Source: a virus
Taxonomy: Duplodnaviria; Caudoviricetes
DNA length: 64,000 nt
Virus record (IMG/VR): IMGVR_UViG_3300015050_001523
Coordinates: 160,001-224,000 of that record
Strand: one strand, 5' to 3'
The notes under the pieces were generated by a model, which saw nothing but the letters and a program-made list of their open reading frames with translations, did no database searches and was not told the origin of the DNA. Every line of letters starts with the position of its first letter. Position 1 is the stretch's first letter. Shown here piece after piece: positions 9,658 through 18,572 of this stretch. The position numbers were made by a program, and so were the translations under genes.

Positions 9658-10055
9658 TTTTGATTTTCTTCTGTTTTAGAATCTTTTTTGGGCCAAATTT
9701 TTTGTTTTATATTCGCCGCTGCTGCCGCCACAGCATTTCCTGTAGCACTTCCTGTAGCCATCGCAGCATTTCCAACAGCAACAGCTGCATTACCAACGGC
9801 GCTTCCTGTAATCAATGCAGCGTTTCCAACAGCAACAGCTGCATTACTAGCCTTGTCTTTTGTCTTTTGAATATTATAACTTCTAATTTTTGATCTATAT
9901 TCTGCATTTTCATGCTTTAGCTTATTTATGGCGACTTGCTGTTCTTGAAGTCTTACAAGGCGCATATTGAATGTTAGTTTCCATCCAATAAAACCACCAA
10001 CAATAACTCCAATAGCAAATGCGATTAAAATTGCTTGAATTGCTGTAATTATCAT
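9654..10055 (-). CDS. Membrane-anchored protein with Ala-rich AAxAxGN repeats
   Basis: N-terminal hydrophobic helix, repeated AAVAVGNAA. Confidence 0.65.
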   Translation of the reverse strand: MIITAIQAILIAFAIGVIVGGFIGWKLTFNMRLVRLQEQQVAINKLKHENAEYRSKIRSYNIQKTKDKASNAAVAVGNAALITGSAVGNAAVAVGNAAMATGSATGNAVAAAAANIKQKIWPKKDSKTEENQK

Positions 10056-10086
10056 TCTTTGATGATATCACTAAAATTTTTTTGTG

Positions 10087-10380
10087 TCAAGCTAATCCAC
10101 GAGCGAATTGGCTAAGAATTTTAATGAATTCTTGTTGCTTTAATTGATTTTTATATAATGGAGGATAGATATTTAATTTTTTTAAATAAAAATTATATGA
10201 CTCTAAAATCCAAGACGAATAATCGTTTGGTTCGTCTATAAATCCAATCAATTCAAGAAGAATGAGAACTTGCATTTCTACAGCTTCTTGGGAACCAAAT
10301 GCATAAGGCATATCAAAAATCTGATCTAAATAATTTGTCGCCCATTCTCTAACAAGTGTTAGTGAATTATTTAAGACCAT
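10087..10380 (-). CDS. Hypothetical protein
   Basis: 97-aa ORF. Confidence 0.55.
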   Translation of the reverse strand: MVLNNSLTLVREWATNYLDQIFDMPYAFGSQEAVEMQVLILLELIGFIDEPNDYSSWILESYNFYLKKLNIYPPLYKNQLKQQEFIKILSQFARGLA

Positions 10381-10409
10381 GCCTTAAATATCTTTGTATT
10401 TAAATTAAA

Positions 10410-10480
10410 CGGCTCTAGGGAGAATCGAACTCCCATCTTTTGCGCGACAAGCAAACGTCCTACCATTGAACGATAGAGCC
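10410..10480 (-). tRNA. tRNA-Asp(GTC)
   Basis: Acceptor GGCTCTA/TAGAGCC, anticodon loop TT-GTC-GC, T-loop TTCGATT. Confidence 0.85.
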
Positions 10481-10484
10481 ATTA

Positions 10485-10880
10485 TTATAATTTTAAACTA
10501 GCATTATAAGCTAAATCATATGAACTTTTTATTTTTGAATAAAAAACATCTGGGGTGTATTTTATTAGATCATGACTTGATAAAAAATCAAGTGGCGTGC
10601 TTTTTGATAAGTACAAAAGCACAAGCTCTGCATTCCAATGACATCCATGTTCTTTACTCATAGATAATTTTGGACTTTTACTTGGGTCACATAAGCTTAT
10701 TCCATTTTCTTTTACATACCCACCATTTGGTAAAATCTCTCTTGGAGTAATATGATGAGCATCTAATTCTTTTTCACAGTTTTCTAATGAAGATTGAAAT
10801 CCACAAACAATACATTTATATCCATCTCTTTTAAAGACAGAATCTCTAAATTTTTTGCGAATTTCTTTTTTTGAAAGCAT
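10485..10880 (-). CDS. HNH endonuclease inserted between tRNA genes
   Basis: RDGYKCIVCG, LDAHHI, NGISLC, CHWNAE. Confidence 0.75.
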   Translation of the reverse strand: MLSKKEIRKKFRDSVFKRDGYKCIVCGFQSSLENCEKELDAHHITPREILPNGGYVKENGISLCDPSKSPKLSMSKEHGCHWNAELVLLYLSKSTPLDFLSSHDLIKYTPDVFYSKIKSSYDLAYNASLKL

Positions 10881-10903
10881 AAGAATTATTTTCTATTTTG
10901 TTT

Positions 10904-10976
10904 TGACTTCGGGGGGACTTGAACCCGCCATTATCTGATTGAAAGCCAGATATCCTAACCTTTGAACGACGAAGCC
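10904..10976 (-). tRNA. tRNA-Glu(TTC)
   Basis: GGCTTCG/CGAAGTC acceptor, CT-TTC-AA loop. Confidence 0.85.
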
Positions 10977-10987
10977 TTATTTTATTA

Positions 10988-11058
10988 TGGAGAATTGGGG
11001 AATCGAACCCCAGTTTTCGCCGTGCAAAGGCGATGTAATCCCGTTATACTAATTCCCC
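10988..11058 (-). tRNA. tRNA-Ala(TGC)
   Basis: GGGGAAT/ATTCTCC with G3:U70, TT-TGC-AC loop. Confidence 0.9.
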
Positions 11059-11069
11059 TTTATTGACAA

Positions 11070-11141
11070 TACGAGATAAAAGATTCGAACTTTTGACCTT
11101 CACCTTGTAAGAGTGACACTCTACCACTGAGTTAATCTCGC
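11070..11141 (-). tRNA. tRNA-Val(TAC)
   Basis: GCGAGAT/ATCTCGT, CT-TAC-AA loop. Confidence 0.85.
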
Positions 11142-11145
11142 AAAA

Positions 11146-11173
11146 AAAAACCGAAATGTGACTTTCGGTTTTT
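11146..11173 (-). terminator. Intrinsic terminator
   Basis: AAAAACCGAAA-tgtgac-TTTCGGTTTTT flanked by A/T tracts. Confidence 0.65.
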
Positions 11174-11318
11174 GAATGATACGTCACATCATCATTCAGA
11201 ATAACATATGCTCTCGCTCAATGGCCTTGACCATTACCTTAGCTAATACATCATTTTTGTTCATTTTCATAATAATATAACTATATCGGAAAAATATAAA
11301 AATGTAAATTATTTACAA

Positions 11319-12116
11319 TTATTTTTTAGAAGGAGAAGTAACCGAAACAGCATTTTGGTTCAAGTTTGGACTTCCCATAAAGATATCATACTCTACCTTG
11401 GTTGCATCTGTCAAGGAACTTCCATCATGAATTTTTATTTCAATTTTTGGTTTTGTAGCACTATCTTCTGCCACAACATCAGAATAAAAAGAATCAGACA
11501 TTACAATTCCTTTTTCTCTACCTATAAAATAATTAGATAAGCCTCTTGTAAGATTTACAGAAGAAGCCATAACAGAGTCGCCTGTCGCATTAAAGGCCAT
11601 AGTATTTCCAACAGGAAGATTATAAGTTTTTGCAACTTTATTTAGATCTTGATTTGCTCCAAGATAAGTAAATGTCCATCCTTCTGACTGAAGGGTTTTG
11701 ATCATATTTGAAACACTTACTTGCGAATATTCTTTGCTAGCATTTTCAGCGCCATCTGTAATAATAACAAATAAATGCGACAAGTCTTTTTTGCTTGGAT
11801 CAGAAGTTTGTTTAAACTTATCTATAATAAGGCCAGTTGCATCATTAAGCGCTGTCATTCCATTTGGCCTATATTCCTCATGTTTTAAATGATGAAATTC
11901 TTCTATTGGCTTATCAAAAATTCTAATATCAGTTAGGCTGTCAAAAAAAGCCAATGTAACTGTAATTTTTTGATTTTTGATTTTCTTTAAATGATCTATT
12001 TGTTCATTAAATGAATCAACAACAAATTTAGATAAAGGGCTCATTGAGGAGCTATTATCAATAATAATAGCGACTTTTGTTTCGGGTTGTTGCAAAATTT
12101 CATTTAGTTTCGGCAT
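11319..12116 (-). CDS. von Willebrand factor A domain protein (start revised)
   Basis: MIDAS IIDNSSSM, GMTALNDA, VIITDGAEN, YLGANQD. Confidence 0.85.
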   Translation of the reverse strand: MPKLNEILQQPETKVAIIIDNSSSMSPLSKFVVDSFNEQIDHLKKIKNQKITVTLAFFDSLTDIRIFDKPIEEFHHLKHEEYRPNGMTALNDATGLIIDKFKQTSDPSKKDLSHLFVIITDGAENASKEYSQVSVSNMIKTLQSEGWTFTYLGANQDLNKVAKTYNLPVGNTMAFNATGDSVMASSVNLTRGLSNYFIGREKGIVMSDSFYSDVVAEDSATKPKIEIKIHDGSSLTDATKVEYDIFMGSPNLNQNAVSVTSPSKK

Positions 12117-12122
12117 AGTTTC

Positions 12123-12151
12123 ATTATAGCATAGCCACCTATGGATTTGAA
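12123..12151 (-). promoter_or_regulatory. Sigma70-type promoter TTCAAA-17-TATAAT (TGC extended -10), leaderless
   Basis: attata 12123-12128; ATG 6 nt downstream at 12116. Confidence 0.6.
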
Positions 12152-12840
12152 CATCTTTTTTTTGCAGATGCAAAAATTTTTAAATCTTTTAATGTTCCTG
12201 ACCAACGATTAATATCTGCAATCCCAACTCCAGGAACTTCTGGATGATATTGAAAAGAGCCTCCTCCAGAGTATTGCCATAATGCCCAATTAGGCCATGG
12301 AGTTTTTGCAGGGATTTCTGCATCTTTAGAATAAAAAACTTGCCATAATGGATAATTGATAAATTTATCAGAGTTTCCAACTTCATACTTCCAAATATTA
12401 GCGCCAGTATAAATCATTGGAGTTCTGCCTAATCGACGCTCAACAACTTCAATCCAACCTTCAATCCAAGGAATATTTTCTTTTATATCAGATTCTGAAT
12501 ATTTTTCAAAATCTAATGCAGGAGGCATAAAATCATGAAGAATATCCCCACAGACTCTTTCAACAATATTGCAAAAATTTTCTCCTTCTTTTTGTCCGTC
12601 CTCATAATTTCCTCCATCTGTATCAGGTCTTGCAAAATGATAAGCTCCTGGATAGTAGACTTTTCCTGAATTTAAAACTTTTCTAATTTCTTGTATATTT
12701 CTTTCAAATGTAGGGTCTTCATATGTTCGGCCTTCTGATGCTTTACATATGCAAAAACTCATCCCAGACTTATAGACAAGAGTATGTTTAATTTTTTTTC
12801 CTTGATGATGGCTAATATCAATTCCTTTTATGTTATTCAT
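12139..12840 (-). CDS. GH25 lysozyme / endolysin
   Basis: GIDISHHQG, KASEG, GAYHFARP, LDFE, LWQYS, DINRW. Confidence 0.9.
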   Translation of the reverse strand: MNNIKGIDISHHQGKKIKHTLVYKSGMSFCICKASEGRTYEDPTFERNIQEIRKVLNSGKVYYPGAYHFARPDTDGGNYEDGQKEGENFCNIVERVCGDILHDFMPPALDFEKYSESDIKENIPWIEGWIEVVERRLGRTPMIYTGANIWKYEVGNSDKFINYPLWQVFYSKDAEIPAKTPWPNWALWQYSGGGSFQYHPEVPGVGIADINRWSGTLKDLKIFASAKKRCSNP

Positions 12841-12914
12841 TACTCAATAAATAATCAATAAAATACATTATGTTTCTCTATATAATATTTTTTTAAAATA
12901 TATTTATATTTGTA

Positions 12915-13526
12915 ATGAAATCTTTGGCCAGCTTTCTTATGATAGTAATGGCAATGTTTTTACTAACATGCTGCATACGGCCAACTTCACTAAATTTTCA
13001 TGAAAATAAAAATATTGAAGAATTAGAAATTCCAATTGTATTTCATGTAAGAAATAATGATGATATTAAATATAGAATACCTGAGTATTGGGATAGTTTT
13101 TCTGCTCCAATGTTTATACAGGCAGGAATATCTCCAAAAATAAATATTTCATTTTCAGATTATGATTTAAATCCAGACTTAAGTAACAAATCTACAAAAG
13201 ATGAATTTTATAACTTATCAAATGATGGAAAAATTCATATATTTTTTGTTGATACAATTTATAAAAATAAAATTAAATCAAATTATAATGGGGTTCATGA
13301 ATCAAAAAGTTTATGCAAATCTTTTATTTTAATTCAAGACAAAACAGACTTAAAAACAATAGCACATGAAATCGGTCATTATCTTGGACTTGGGCATGTT
13401 AGCAATAATATGGGAAATGTAATGAATCGAACTTCCAGAAATAAGAATGCAAGTTTTTCATCTGCTCAAATTAGAATAATGAGAAGCAATATAAAAAAAC
13501 AAAAATTATTCTGTAATATGATTTAA
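12915..13526 (+). CDS. Secreted/lipoprotein zinc metalloprotease (metzincin-like)
   Basis: HEIGHYLGLGH plus Met-turn NVMN; N-terminal hydrophobic signal ending LLTCC. Confidence 0.8.
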   Translation: MKSLASFLMIVMAMFLLTCCIRPTSLNFHENKNIEELEIPIVFHVRNNDDIKYRIPEYWDSFSAPMFIQAGISPKINISFSDYDLNPDLSNKSTKDEFYNLSNDGKIHIFFVDTIYKNKIKSNYNGVHESKSLCKSFILIQDKTDLKTIAHEIGHYLGLGHVSNNMGNVMNRTSRNKNASFSSAQIRIMRSNIKKQKLFCNMI

Positions 13527-14272
13527 GACGGAAGGTTTTCATCAATAAAATTATTTATTTGTTCTAACGTTGGTCCAAATGCTATATCGTATGATGGAGT
13601 TATGACGCTAGTAATAATTCCAACAAGGTTTCCAGTTTCTGGGTCATATACTGGTGAGCCGCTTGATCCCTTTTGTGCAACTATTGAATAAAGAGCTACT
13701 TCTTCTTTATATTCGTTATGTGGTCCTTTGTAATTTCCTTGAAACTCTCCATAAAAATGAAGTGCAGTTTCTTTTGACCAAAGACCAGCCGGAGCTGCTA
13801 TATTTATTATCTTTATATGTGATTTGATTTTTTTATTTTCAATAATTGCAGGCATCATAGAAACTTTTTTTGATTCAAGTAAACAAAGATCATGTTTCTC
13901 GTCAATAGCAACAACTGTTGCAATGTTGTTTTGTCCACTAGAATCCATCAAATGAAATTCTGATTTTACTATTGTGCTAAAGTCTTTATGTTGATTTGGA
14001 TTTTCTAAAGATGGAGTGATGCAGACATGTCCAGCAGTCAAATAATAACTTTTATTTGTTTTTTTGCTATGAGATACCAAAACACCAGATGCCATTGTTT
14101 TTCCAGCATTAGAAACAATACAAGAATCTGAGCTTTTATGGCATAGTGAAATTTCTATATGATTTTCAATATAAATAAATTGTTTTTCAGGATTTTTAAA
14201 ATCATTTTTTATATTACATCCAGATAAAATAATTGTCAAAGATAAAAAAAGTCTGCCGAAAAATTTTTTCAT
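13523..14272 (-). CDS. Trypsin-like serine protease with lipoprotein-type signal
   Basis: LTAGHV (His), HDLCLL (Asp), GSSGSPV (Ser); LSGC lipobox; GGAGG SD before ATG 14272. Confidence 0.8.
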   Translation of the reverse strand: MKKFFGRLFLSLTIILSGCNIKNDFKNPEKQFIYIENHIEISLCHKSSDSCIVSNAGKTMASGVLVSHSKKTNKSYYLTAGHVCITPSLENPNQHKDFSTIVKSEFHLMDSSGQNNIATVVAIDEKHDLCLLESKKVSMMPAIIENKKIKSHIKIINIAAPAGLWSKETALHFYGEFQGNYKGPHNEYKEEVALYSIVAQKGSSGSPVYDPETGNLVGIITSVITPSYDIAFGPTLEQINNFIDENLPS

Positions 14273-14356
14273 ATCCCTCCATAAGAAACCCAATCCTTAA
14301 ATACATATGGATAGAAAACTCACAAAAAATATGAAAAAAATTTAATTTTAATAAAA

Positions 14357-14429
14357 AGACCGAGATCGGATTTGAACCGATTTCATTTTGATTTGCAGTC
14401 AAAAGCCTAAACCATTTAGGAACTCAGTC
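14357..14429 (-). tRNA. tRNA-Cys(GCA)
   Basis: GACTGAG/CTCGGTC, U73, CT-GCA-AA loop. Confidence 0.85.
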
Positions 14430-14469
14430 AAAGCAACTTATGTTATATATTTATACTAAAGCCAAATCT

Positions 14470-15192
14470 ATGAACATCATTAAAGAATATATTAGAGCAT
14501 TATTAAAAGAAGCAGCAATTCAAGATATTTCCAATCTTGGACTTTTGATTCATTCAACAGGTTCTGTTTTAGATATTGTACTATATGATGCCCCAAGATT
14601 TATTGAAGAAACAAAAAAAAATAAATCTTTTACATTTTCTAATGACATGATTCTTGGAATGATTAAGGCTAAAAAGAGTGGATTTGGAAAATGTCATGGA
14701 GCGTGGGAAGTTGCAATGGTCGCTGCGAATAAAGGATTCGGCCCAACAATGTATGATATTGCAATGATGTCGGTTCCAACAAAAACAATAATGCCAGATA
14801 GAGGAGAGGTTAGTGGTCAAGCAAGATCAATTTGGCAATATTATAAAAATAAAAGATCTGATGTAAAAATTCTTCCGTTTGGAAAAGAAGAAGAAGACGA
14901 TACAAGTTCAAAATCATTATATAATTTTGATGACGATAGCGCCAATATCAAAGAAGACAAAGGAGGAGAAGGAGAATGTTTTTCTGCTCACTTTGGCCCT
15001 GGAAAGGAATATTTAGATGCAGCATATCGATTAGTTGGACCTCCGCCAATCGATATAAGCCAAGCTGTAAATAAGCACAACCTATTGGTCAAGTCTTTAA
15101 ATAATAAAAAGCCAGGTCTAGGAGATTCTTTTTCTGCATCTCTTAGAAATGGCTCTACAAGTTTTTTTACAGCTAAAAATACTAGAAATTAG
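14470..15192 (+). CDS. Hypothetical protein with KEYIRxLLxE N-terminus; possible GNAT-like core
   Basis: Start MNIIKEYIRALLKEAA; VAANKGFGPTMYD resembles an acetyl-CoA loop. Confidence 0.6.
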   Translation: MNIIKEYIRALLKEAAIQDISNLGLLIHSTGSVLDIVLYDAPRFIEETKKNKSFTFSNDMILGMIKAKKSGFGKCHGAWEVAMVAANKGFGPTMYDIAMMSVPTKTIMPDRGEVSGQARSIWQYYKNKRSDVKILPFGKEEEDDTSSKSLYNFDDDSANIKEDKGGEGECFSAHFGPGKEYLDAAYRLVGPPPIDISQAVNKHNLLVKSLNNKKPGLGDSFSASLRNGSTSFFTAKNTRN

Positions 15193-16058
15193 CTCATGTA
15201 CTTCTTGATTTCTAGTAAAGCCTTTTCAGCTCCACTTGAAATTTCAATCCCATTATCATTTAATCCTAAAATTTGAAAGTCTCTTGGATTAATCCTAATT
15301 AATTTTCCATTATACTTTGAAGCTAATTTGGTACTTAATGAACGAATTGTTGGAATATCAATGCCAGCACCAGTTTCAATAATCACCAATCTTGAAAGAT
15401 CAGATTTTTCAGCCCATTTTTCAAAATTTAATTGTTGCTCATGCTCTCTTGATTGCAAAAAAGCATAATCCATAAACATTAAAATATTTGGACGAAGAAG
15501 TTTTCCTTCAGACATTGGAAGATCTCCAACTACCCGGAATGTCTCTTCATCAATTTCAATATTAAAAGAATCTGCCGAAATAACTTCAGAATTATGCCAT
15601 TTGTCATTCATAAAATACTCTGAATGATGACATTTTTGCAAGTGATGAATTGAGCCATGTACTTCCCAAATATTTGAATCAGAAAATCCTGATTTTTTAT
15701 AAAATCCATCAACGTTTGAAGTTATTGCAAAATGATTATATTTTTTTGAAAGTTCATGCAAAAAACTATATCCAAGATGCGGAACATGCTCCCTATACAT
15801 TTTTAAACGATGTCCATAAAAAGCCCAAATCATTCTTGGATCCTTAATGAACCAAGAAGGCTGAGCAATATCATGAAAAGAAATTCCAATACGAGAAAAT
15901 ACTGGGTATGCTTTCCAAAATCCATTTTCTCCACGAAAATCAGGAAGCCCAGAATCAACTCCCATTCCAGCCCCAGAAGAAAAAATAAGAGCTGATGCAT
16001 TAGTAATCACATCGGCGGCCCTTTTCAAGTTGTCTTCAAGATGGATTTGTTGGCTCAT
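15189..16058 (-). CDS. Sir2-family NAD-dependent deacylase (start revised)
   Basis: SGAGMGVDSGLPDFRG, TSNVD, EVHGS, RPNILMF, ETGAG, IRINP. Confidence 0.9.
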   Translation of the reverse strand: MSQQIHLEDNLKRAADVITNASALIFSSGAGMGVDSGLPDFRGENGFWKAYPVFSRIGISFHDIAQPSWFIKDPRMIWAFYGHRLKMYREHVPHLGYSFLHELSKKYNHFAITSNVDGFYKKSGFSDSNIWEVHGSIHHLQKCHHSEYFMNDKWHNSEVISADSFNIEIDEETFRVVGDLPMSEGKLLRPNILMFMDYAFLQSREHEQQLNFEKWAEKSDLSRLVIIETGAGIDIPTIRSLSTKLASKYNGKLIRINPRDFQILGLNDNGIEISSGAEKALLEIKKYMS

Positions 16059-16064
16059 GCATAA

Positions 16065-16092
16065 ACTATAGCATCCAAATGGCATCTGTCAA
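16065..16092 (-). promoter_or_regulatory. Sigma70-type promoter TTGACA-16-TATAGT (TGC extended -10), leaderless
   Basis: tgtcaa 16087-16092, actata 16065-16070, ATG 6 nt downstream. Confidence 0.6.
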
Positions 16093-16187
16093 CCAGAAAT
16101 GACTTTGAAATTTAATTGCGCCATAAATCTATTACTTCACTTCCATTTATTTATAAAATAAACGAATCCATATTTTGACTTTAACAA

Positions 16188-16292
16188 CGTGGCGCCGCTG
16201 GAATCTTCCGATTCGAGGGGTTTTATTTGCGATAGTGATCGCTTCAATCACAGAGTACCACTCTGCTAGCTGGTTCACTACTTCAGCACGGC
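16188..16292 (-). ncRNA. Unassigned GC-rich structured element ending ...GCGGC-G-CCA
   Basis: Ends pair (GCCG..CTG / CAG.CGGC); internal hairpins CAGAGT/ACTCTG and TGAT/ATCA; strand uncertain. Confidence 0.35.
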
Positions 16293-16299
16293 TTTCTTA

Positions 16300-16370
16300 T
16301 AGCAGGAGCGGGATTTGAACCCACAACTCTGGGTTATGAGCCCAGTAAGTTACCATTACTCTATCCTGCG
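16300..16370 (-). tRNA. Initiator tRNA-fMet(CAT)
   Basis: C1:U72 mismatch, GGG/CCC anticodon stem, CT-CAT-AA. Confidence 0.85.
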
Positions 16371-16996
16371 TTAATTATTTTTGAGAAACAAGGATTCGAA
16401 CCTTGATTGACGGAATCAGAACCCGCGATCTTGCCATTAGATGATTTCCCATTAATTAATTTCTTTTCTCTTTTTGCAACTGCTGCCGAAGATACTCCCA
16501 ACCTATCAGCAATTTTTGCTCTTGTTGAATGTTTTAATTCCTCAAGAAGATCAATTGAGTCCCAATCTGCTTTATAGGCCAACTTGGCAGAACAAACATA
16601 TGAACAGGTTTTATTATAAGAAGGTTTTAAACTATTACATACTTTACATGGTGTCATTTTTGATATTTTTTGAACTTCTTTATAATCTGCAAATTCTTCA
16701 TTGAATGAATTATAATTTTCTGGAAGAGCTATTACATTTGCATGAAGTTCTCTATGGCATCGACAACACAATAAAACACATTTTCTAAGTTCATTTACAA
16801 TTTTTTCCCAAGATTTTGCAGAGCTTCTTGTCGCACCAAGAGCAAAGTCTTTTTCTTTTGGATCTATATGATGAAGATCAAATGCATCATGGCATAAACT
16901 ATATTCACATATAGCACATTTTCCTCCAAACGATTCCACTATTCGAGCTTTTGTAGCCTTTCTCCACACCTTAACTCGTTCTGATTCTTTTGACAT
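16361..16996 (-). CDS. HNH homing endonuclease with C-terminal Zn-finger and HTH; frame continues through tRNA-Gln
   Basis: GGKCAIC, FDLHHID, CVLLCCRCHRELH; CKVC..CSYVC; AKIADRLGVSSAAV. Confidence 0.8.
   Translation of the reverse strand: MSKESERVKVWRKATKARIVESFGGKCAICEYSLCHDAFDLHHIDPKEKDFALGATRSSAKSWEKIVNELRKCVLLCCRCHRELHANVIALPENYNSFNEEFADYKEVQKISKMTPCKVCNSLKPSYNKTCSYVCSAKLAYKADWDSIDLLEELKHSTRAKIADRLGVSSAAVAKREKKLINGKSSNGKIAGSDSVNQGSNPCFSKIINAG
16381..16451 (-). tRNA. tRNA-Gln(CTG)
   Basis: TGGGAAA/TTTCTCA, TT-CTG-AT loop. Confidence 0.85.
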
Positions 16997-17036
16997 GTAT
17001 AAGCATACCATGTCAAATTACGAAACTACAAAAAAA

Positions 17037-17114
17037 CGACCCCGGTAGGATTTGAACCTACGCTGACAGAGTTTAACAGACTCTCGCTCTAAAACCAAAC
17101 TGAGCTACGGAGTC
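17037..17114 (-). tRNA. tRNA-Asn(GTT)
   Basis: GACTCCG/CGGGGTC, G73, CT-GTT-AA. Confidence 0.85.
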
Positions 17115-17221
17115 AAGAACTTGGACCTCTCATCCAATTATTCTTTTTATACAGAGTACAAAAGAAGGAACTACGTTCCAAAGTTTTGATTATGGCTCAA
17201 ACTTATAAAAGCCAAAATACA

Positions 17222-17294
17222 AGCGGGAGACGAGACTTGAACTCGCAACATTCAGTTTGGAAAACTGACACTCTACCAATTGAGTTACTCCCGC
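17222..17294 (-). tRNA. tRNA-Gly(TCC)
   Basis: GCGGGAG/CTCCCGC, U73, TT-TCC-AA. Confidence 0.9.
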
Positions 17295-17302
17295 AATTAA
17301 CA

Positions 17303-17376
17303 AGCCCCAGGTCGGAGTCGAACCAACTACCTGATGATTACAAATCAACCGCTCTAGCCAAATGAGCTACAAGGGC
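17303..17376 (-). tRNA. tRNA-Thr(TGT)
   Basis: GCCCTTG/TGGGGC acceptor, TT-TGT-AA. Confidence 0.85.
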
Positions 17377-17451
17377 AAAATTGCTCGTCTTTCCGAGCTG
17401 TCATTTTCTTAGTATTCTGGAACATCTAAGAACAACAGAACAATTAAGAAA

Positions 17452-17522
17452 CAGGCGGCGAAGGAATCGAACCCTCGACCATTGGTTTGGAATCAATTAT
17501 TTTACCACTAAACTAGCCGCCT
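17452..17522 (-). tRNA. tRNA-Trp(CCA)
   Basis: AGGCGGC/GCCGCCT, G73, TT-CCA-AA. Confidence 0.85.
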
Positions 17523-17560
17523 TCATTACAAAGTATTTTCTTCTATTTAATTTTCAAAGA

Positions 17561-17635
17561 TCCAACCAGAAAGATTTGAACTTTCGACCTTTTGCTTATC
17601 AGACAAATGCTCTAACCAGGCTGAGCTATGGTTGG
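17561..17635 (-). tRNA. tRNA-Ile(GAT)
   Basis: CCAACCA/TGGTTGG, CT-GAT-AA. Confidence 0.85.
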
Positions 17636-17640
17636 TTAAG

Positions 17641-17711
17641 TTCGGGATAATGGAATCGAACCACTGTTGAGGCGTTCAAAGCGCCTTTTCTTACCACTAG
17701 AAGAATCCCGA
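17641..17711 (-). tRNA. tRNA-Gln(TTG)
   Basis: TCGGGAT/ATCCCGA, CT-TTG-AA. Confidence 0.85.
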
Positions 17712-17890
17712 ATAAACAATTTTTTTTAGGTTAAGGCCAAGAACATTTAATGGACTTTGTTCTTGGCTAAATAATGCCTGTCCATCCTTGAATAATCAAG
17801 TTTGCATTGTTGCAAGTTTGATTTGTCTGAGTCAGCATCGTAGATATAAGTATAGGGCATCTCGGGAAACTTGTCAAGTTTTTTTTGGAG

Positions 17891-17977
17891 CGGAAAGTAA
17901 GAGATTCGAACTCTTATCGCTTTTTAGACGAACACGCTTTCCAGGCGTGCGCAACCAACCGTATTTGCCTACTTTCC
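17891..17977 (-). tRNA. tRNA-Ser(GGA)
   Basis: GGAAAGT/ACTTTCC, G73, CT-GGA-AA, long variable arm. Confidence 0.85.
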
Positions 17978-18030
17978 ATAAATTATCCTAATCATTATGT
18001 TTATTTGTTTCCATTTTTTATTTTCTTTCA

Positions 18031-18117
18031 CGGAACGTGTAGGGTTCGAACCTACTCAAGATTTTACACTTCACTCAGATTAGCAATCTGGGGCCTTACC
18101 AATTCAGCCAACGTTCC
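18031..18117 (-). tRNA. tRNA-Ser(GCT)
   Basis: GGAACGT/ACGTTCC, TT-GCT-AA, long variable arm. Confidence 0.85.
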
Positions 18118-18124
18118 AAATAAA

Positions 18125-18196
18125 TTCTGAAAGCGGGAATTGAACCCACGTAGCGGGCTTATGAGACCCGTGCCTAAACCTCTCGGCCATTTCAGA
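18125..18196 (-). tRNA. tRNA with CAT anticodon (elongator Met or Ile2)
   Basis: TCTGAAA/TTTCAGA, CT-CAT-AA; Met vs lysidine-Ile not resolvable by eye. Confidence 0.8.
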
Positions 18197-18203
18197 TTGT
18201 TTA

Positions 18204-18560
18204 TTATTTGATAAGATTTGAAAGAATATAATTAAGAGATTTTATCCTTTTAATTTCTTTCCAATAGTCTTCTTCATGGAGAAAATATGTTCCATGTATA
18301 TAATATTCTTCATATTGGATACGTCCTTCCCATATTCTTGCAGGTCCATCTTCTCTATGGCGCATTCCGCTAATGCACCATTCTTTATATCCATTTTTCC
18401 ATTCAATTGCAGGACCATCTTCTCGATGAAGTCTTCCATTTATATAATAAGCCTTGCCTCCATTTGAATCTTCAAAAGCATGGCCGTCTTCTCTATGAAG
18501 AAGACCATTTAAATAATAACTTTTATTACCAAATTCATCAATAATCAATCCATTTTTCAT
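18204..18560 (-). CDS. HREDGPA-repeat protein, paralog 5
   Basis: Three HREDGxA repeats, EEDYWKEIKRIKSLNYIL. Confidence 0.8.
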   Translation of the reverse strand: MKNGLIIDEFGNKSYYLNGLLHREDGHAFEDSNGGKAYYINGRLHREDGPAIEWKNGYKEWCISGMRHREDGPARIWEGRIQYEEYYIHGTYFLHEEDYWKEIKRIKSLNYILSNLIK

Positions 18561-18572
18561 ATATAAAATCCT

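Noticed and set aside
11028-11043. GGATTACATCGC shared between tRNA-Ala and Y copy F
   Set aside because: A 12-nt match; in the scaffold these bases form a different helix, so ancestry cannot be supported
16188-16292. tRNA-Sec or self-cleaving ribozyme
   Set aside because: No TCA anticodon arm with canonical T-loop, and no hammerhead (CUGAnGA/GAAA), twister or pistol cores recognised
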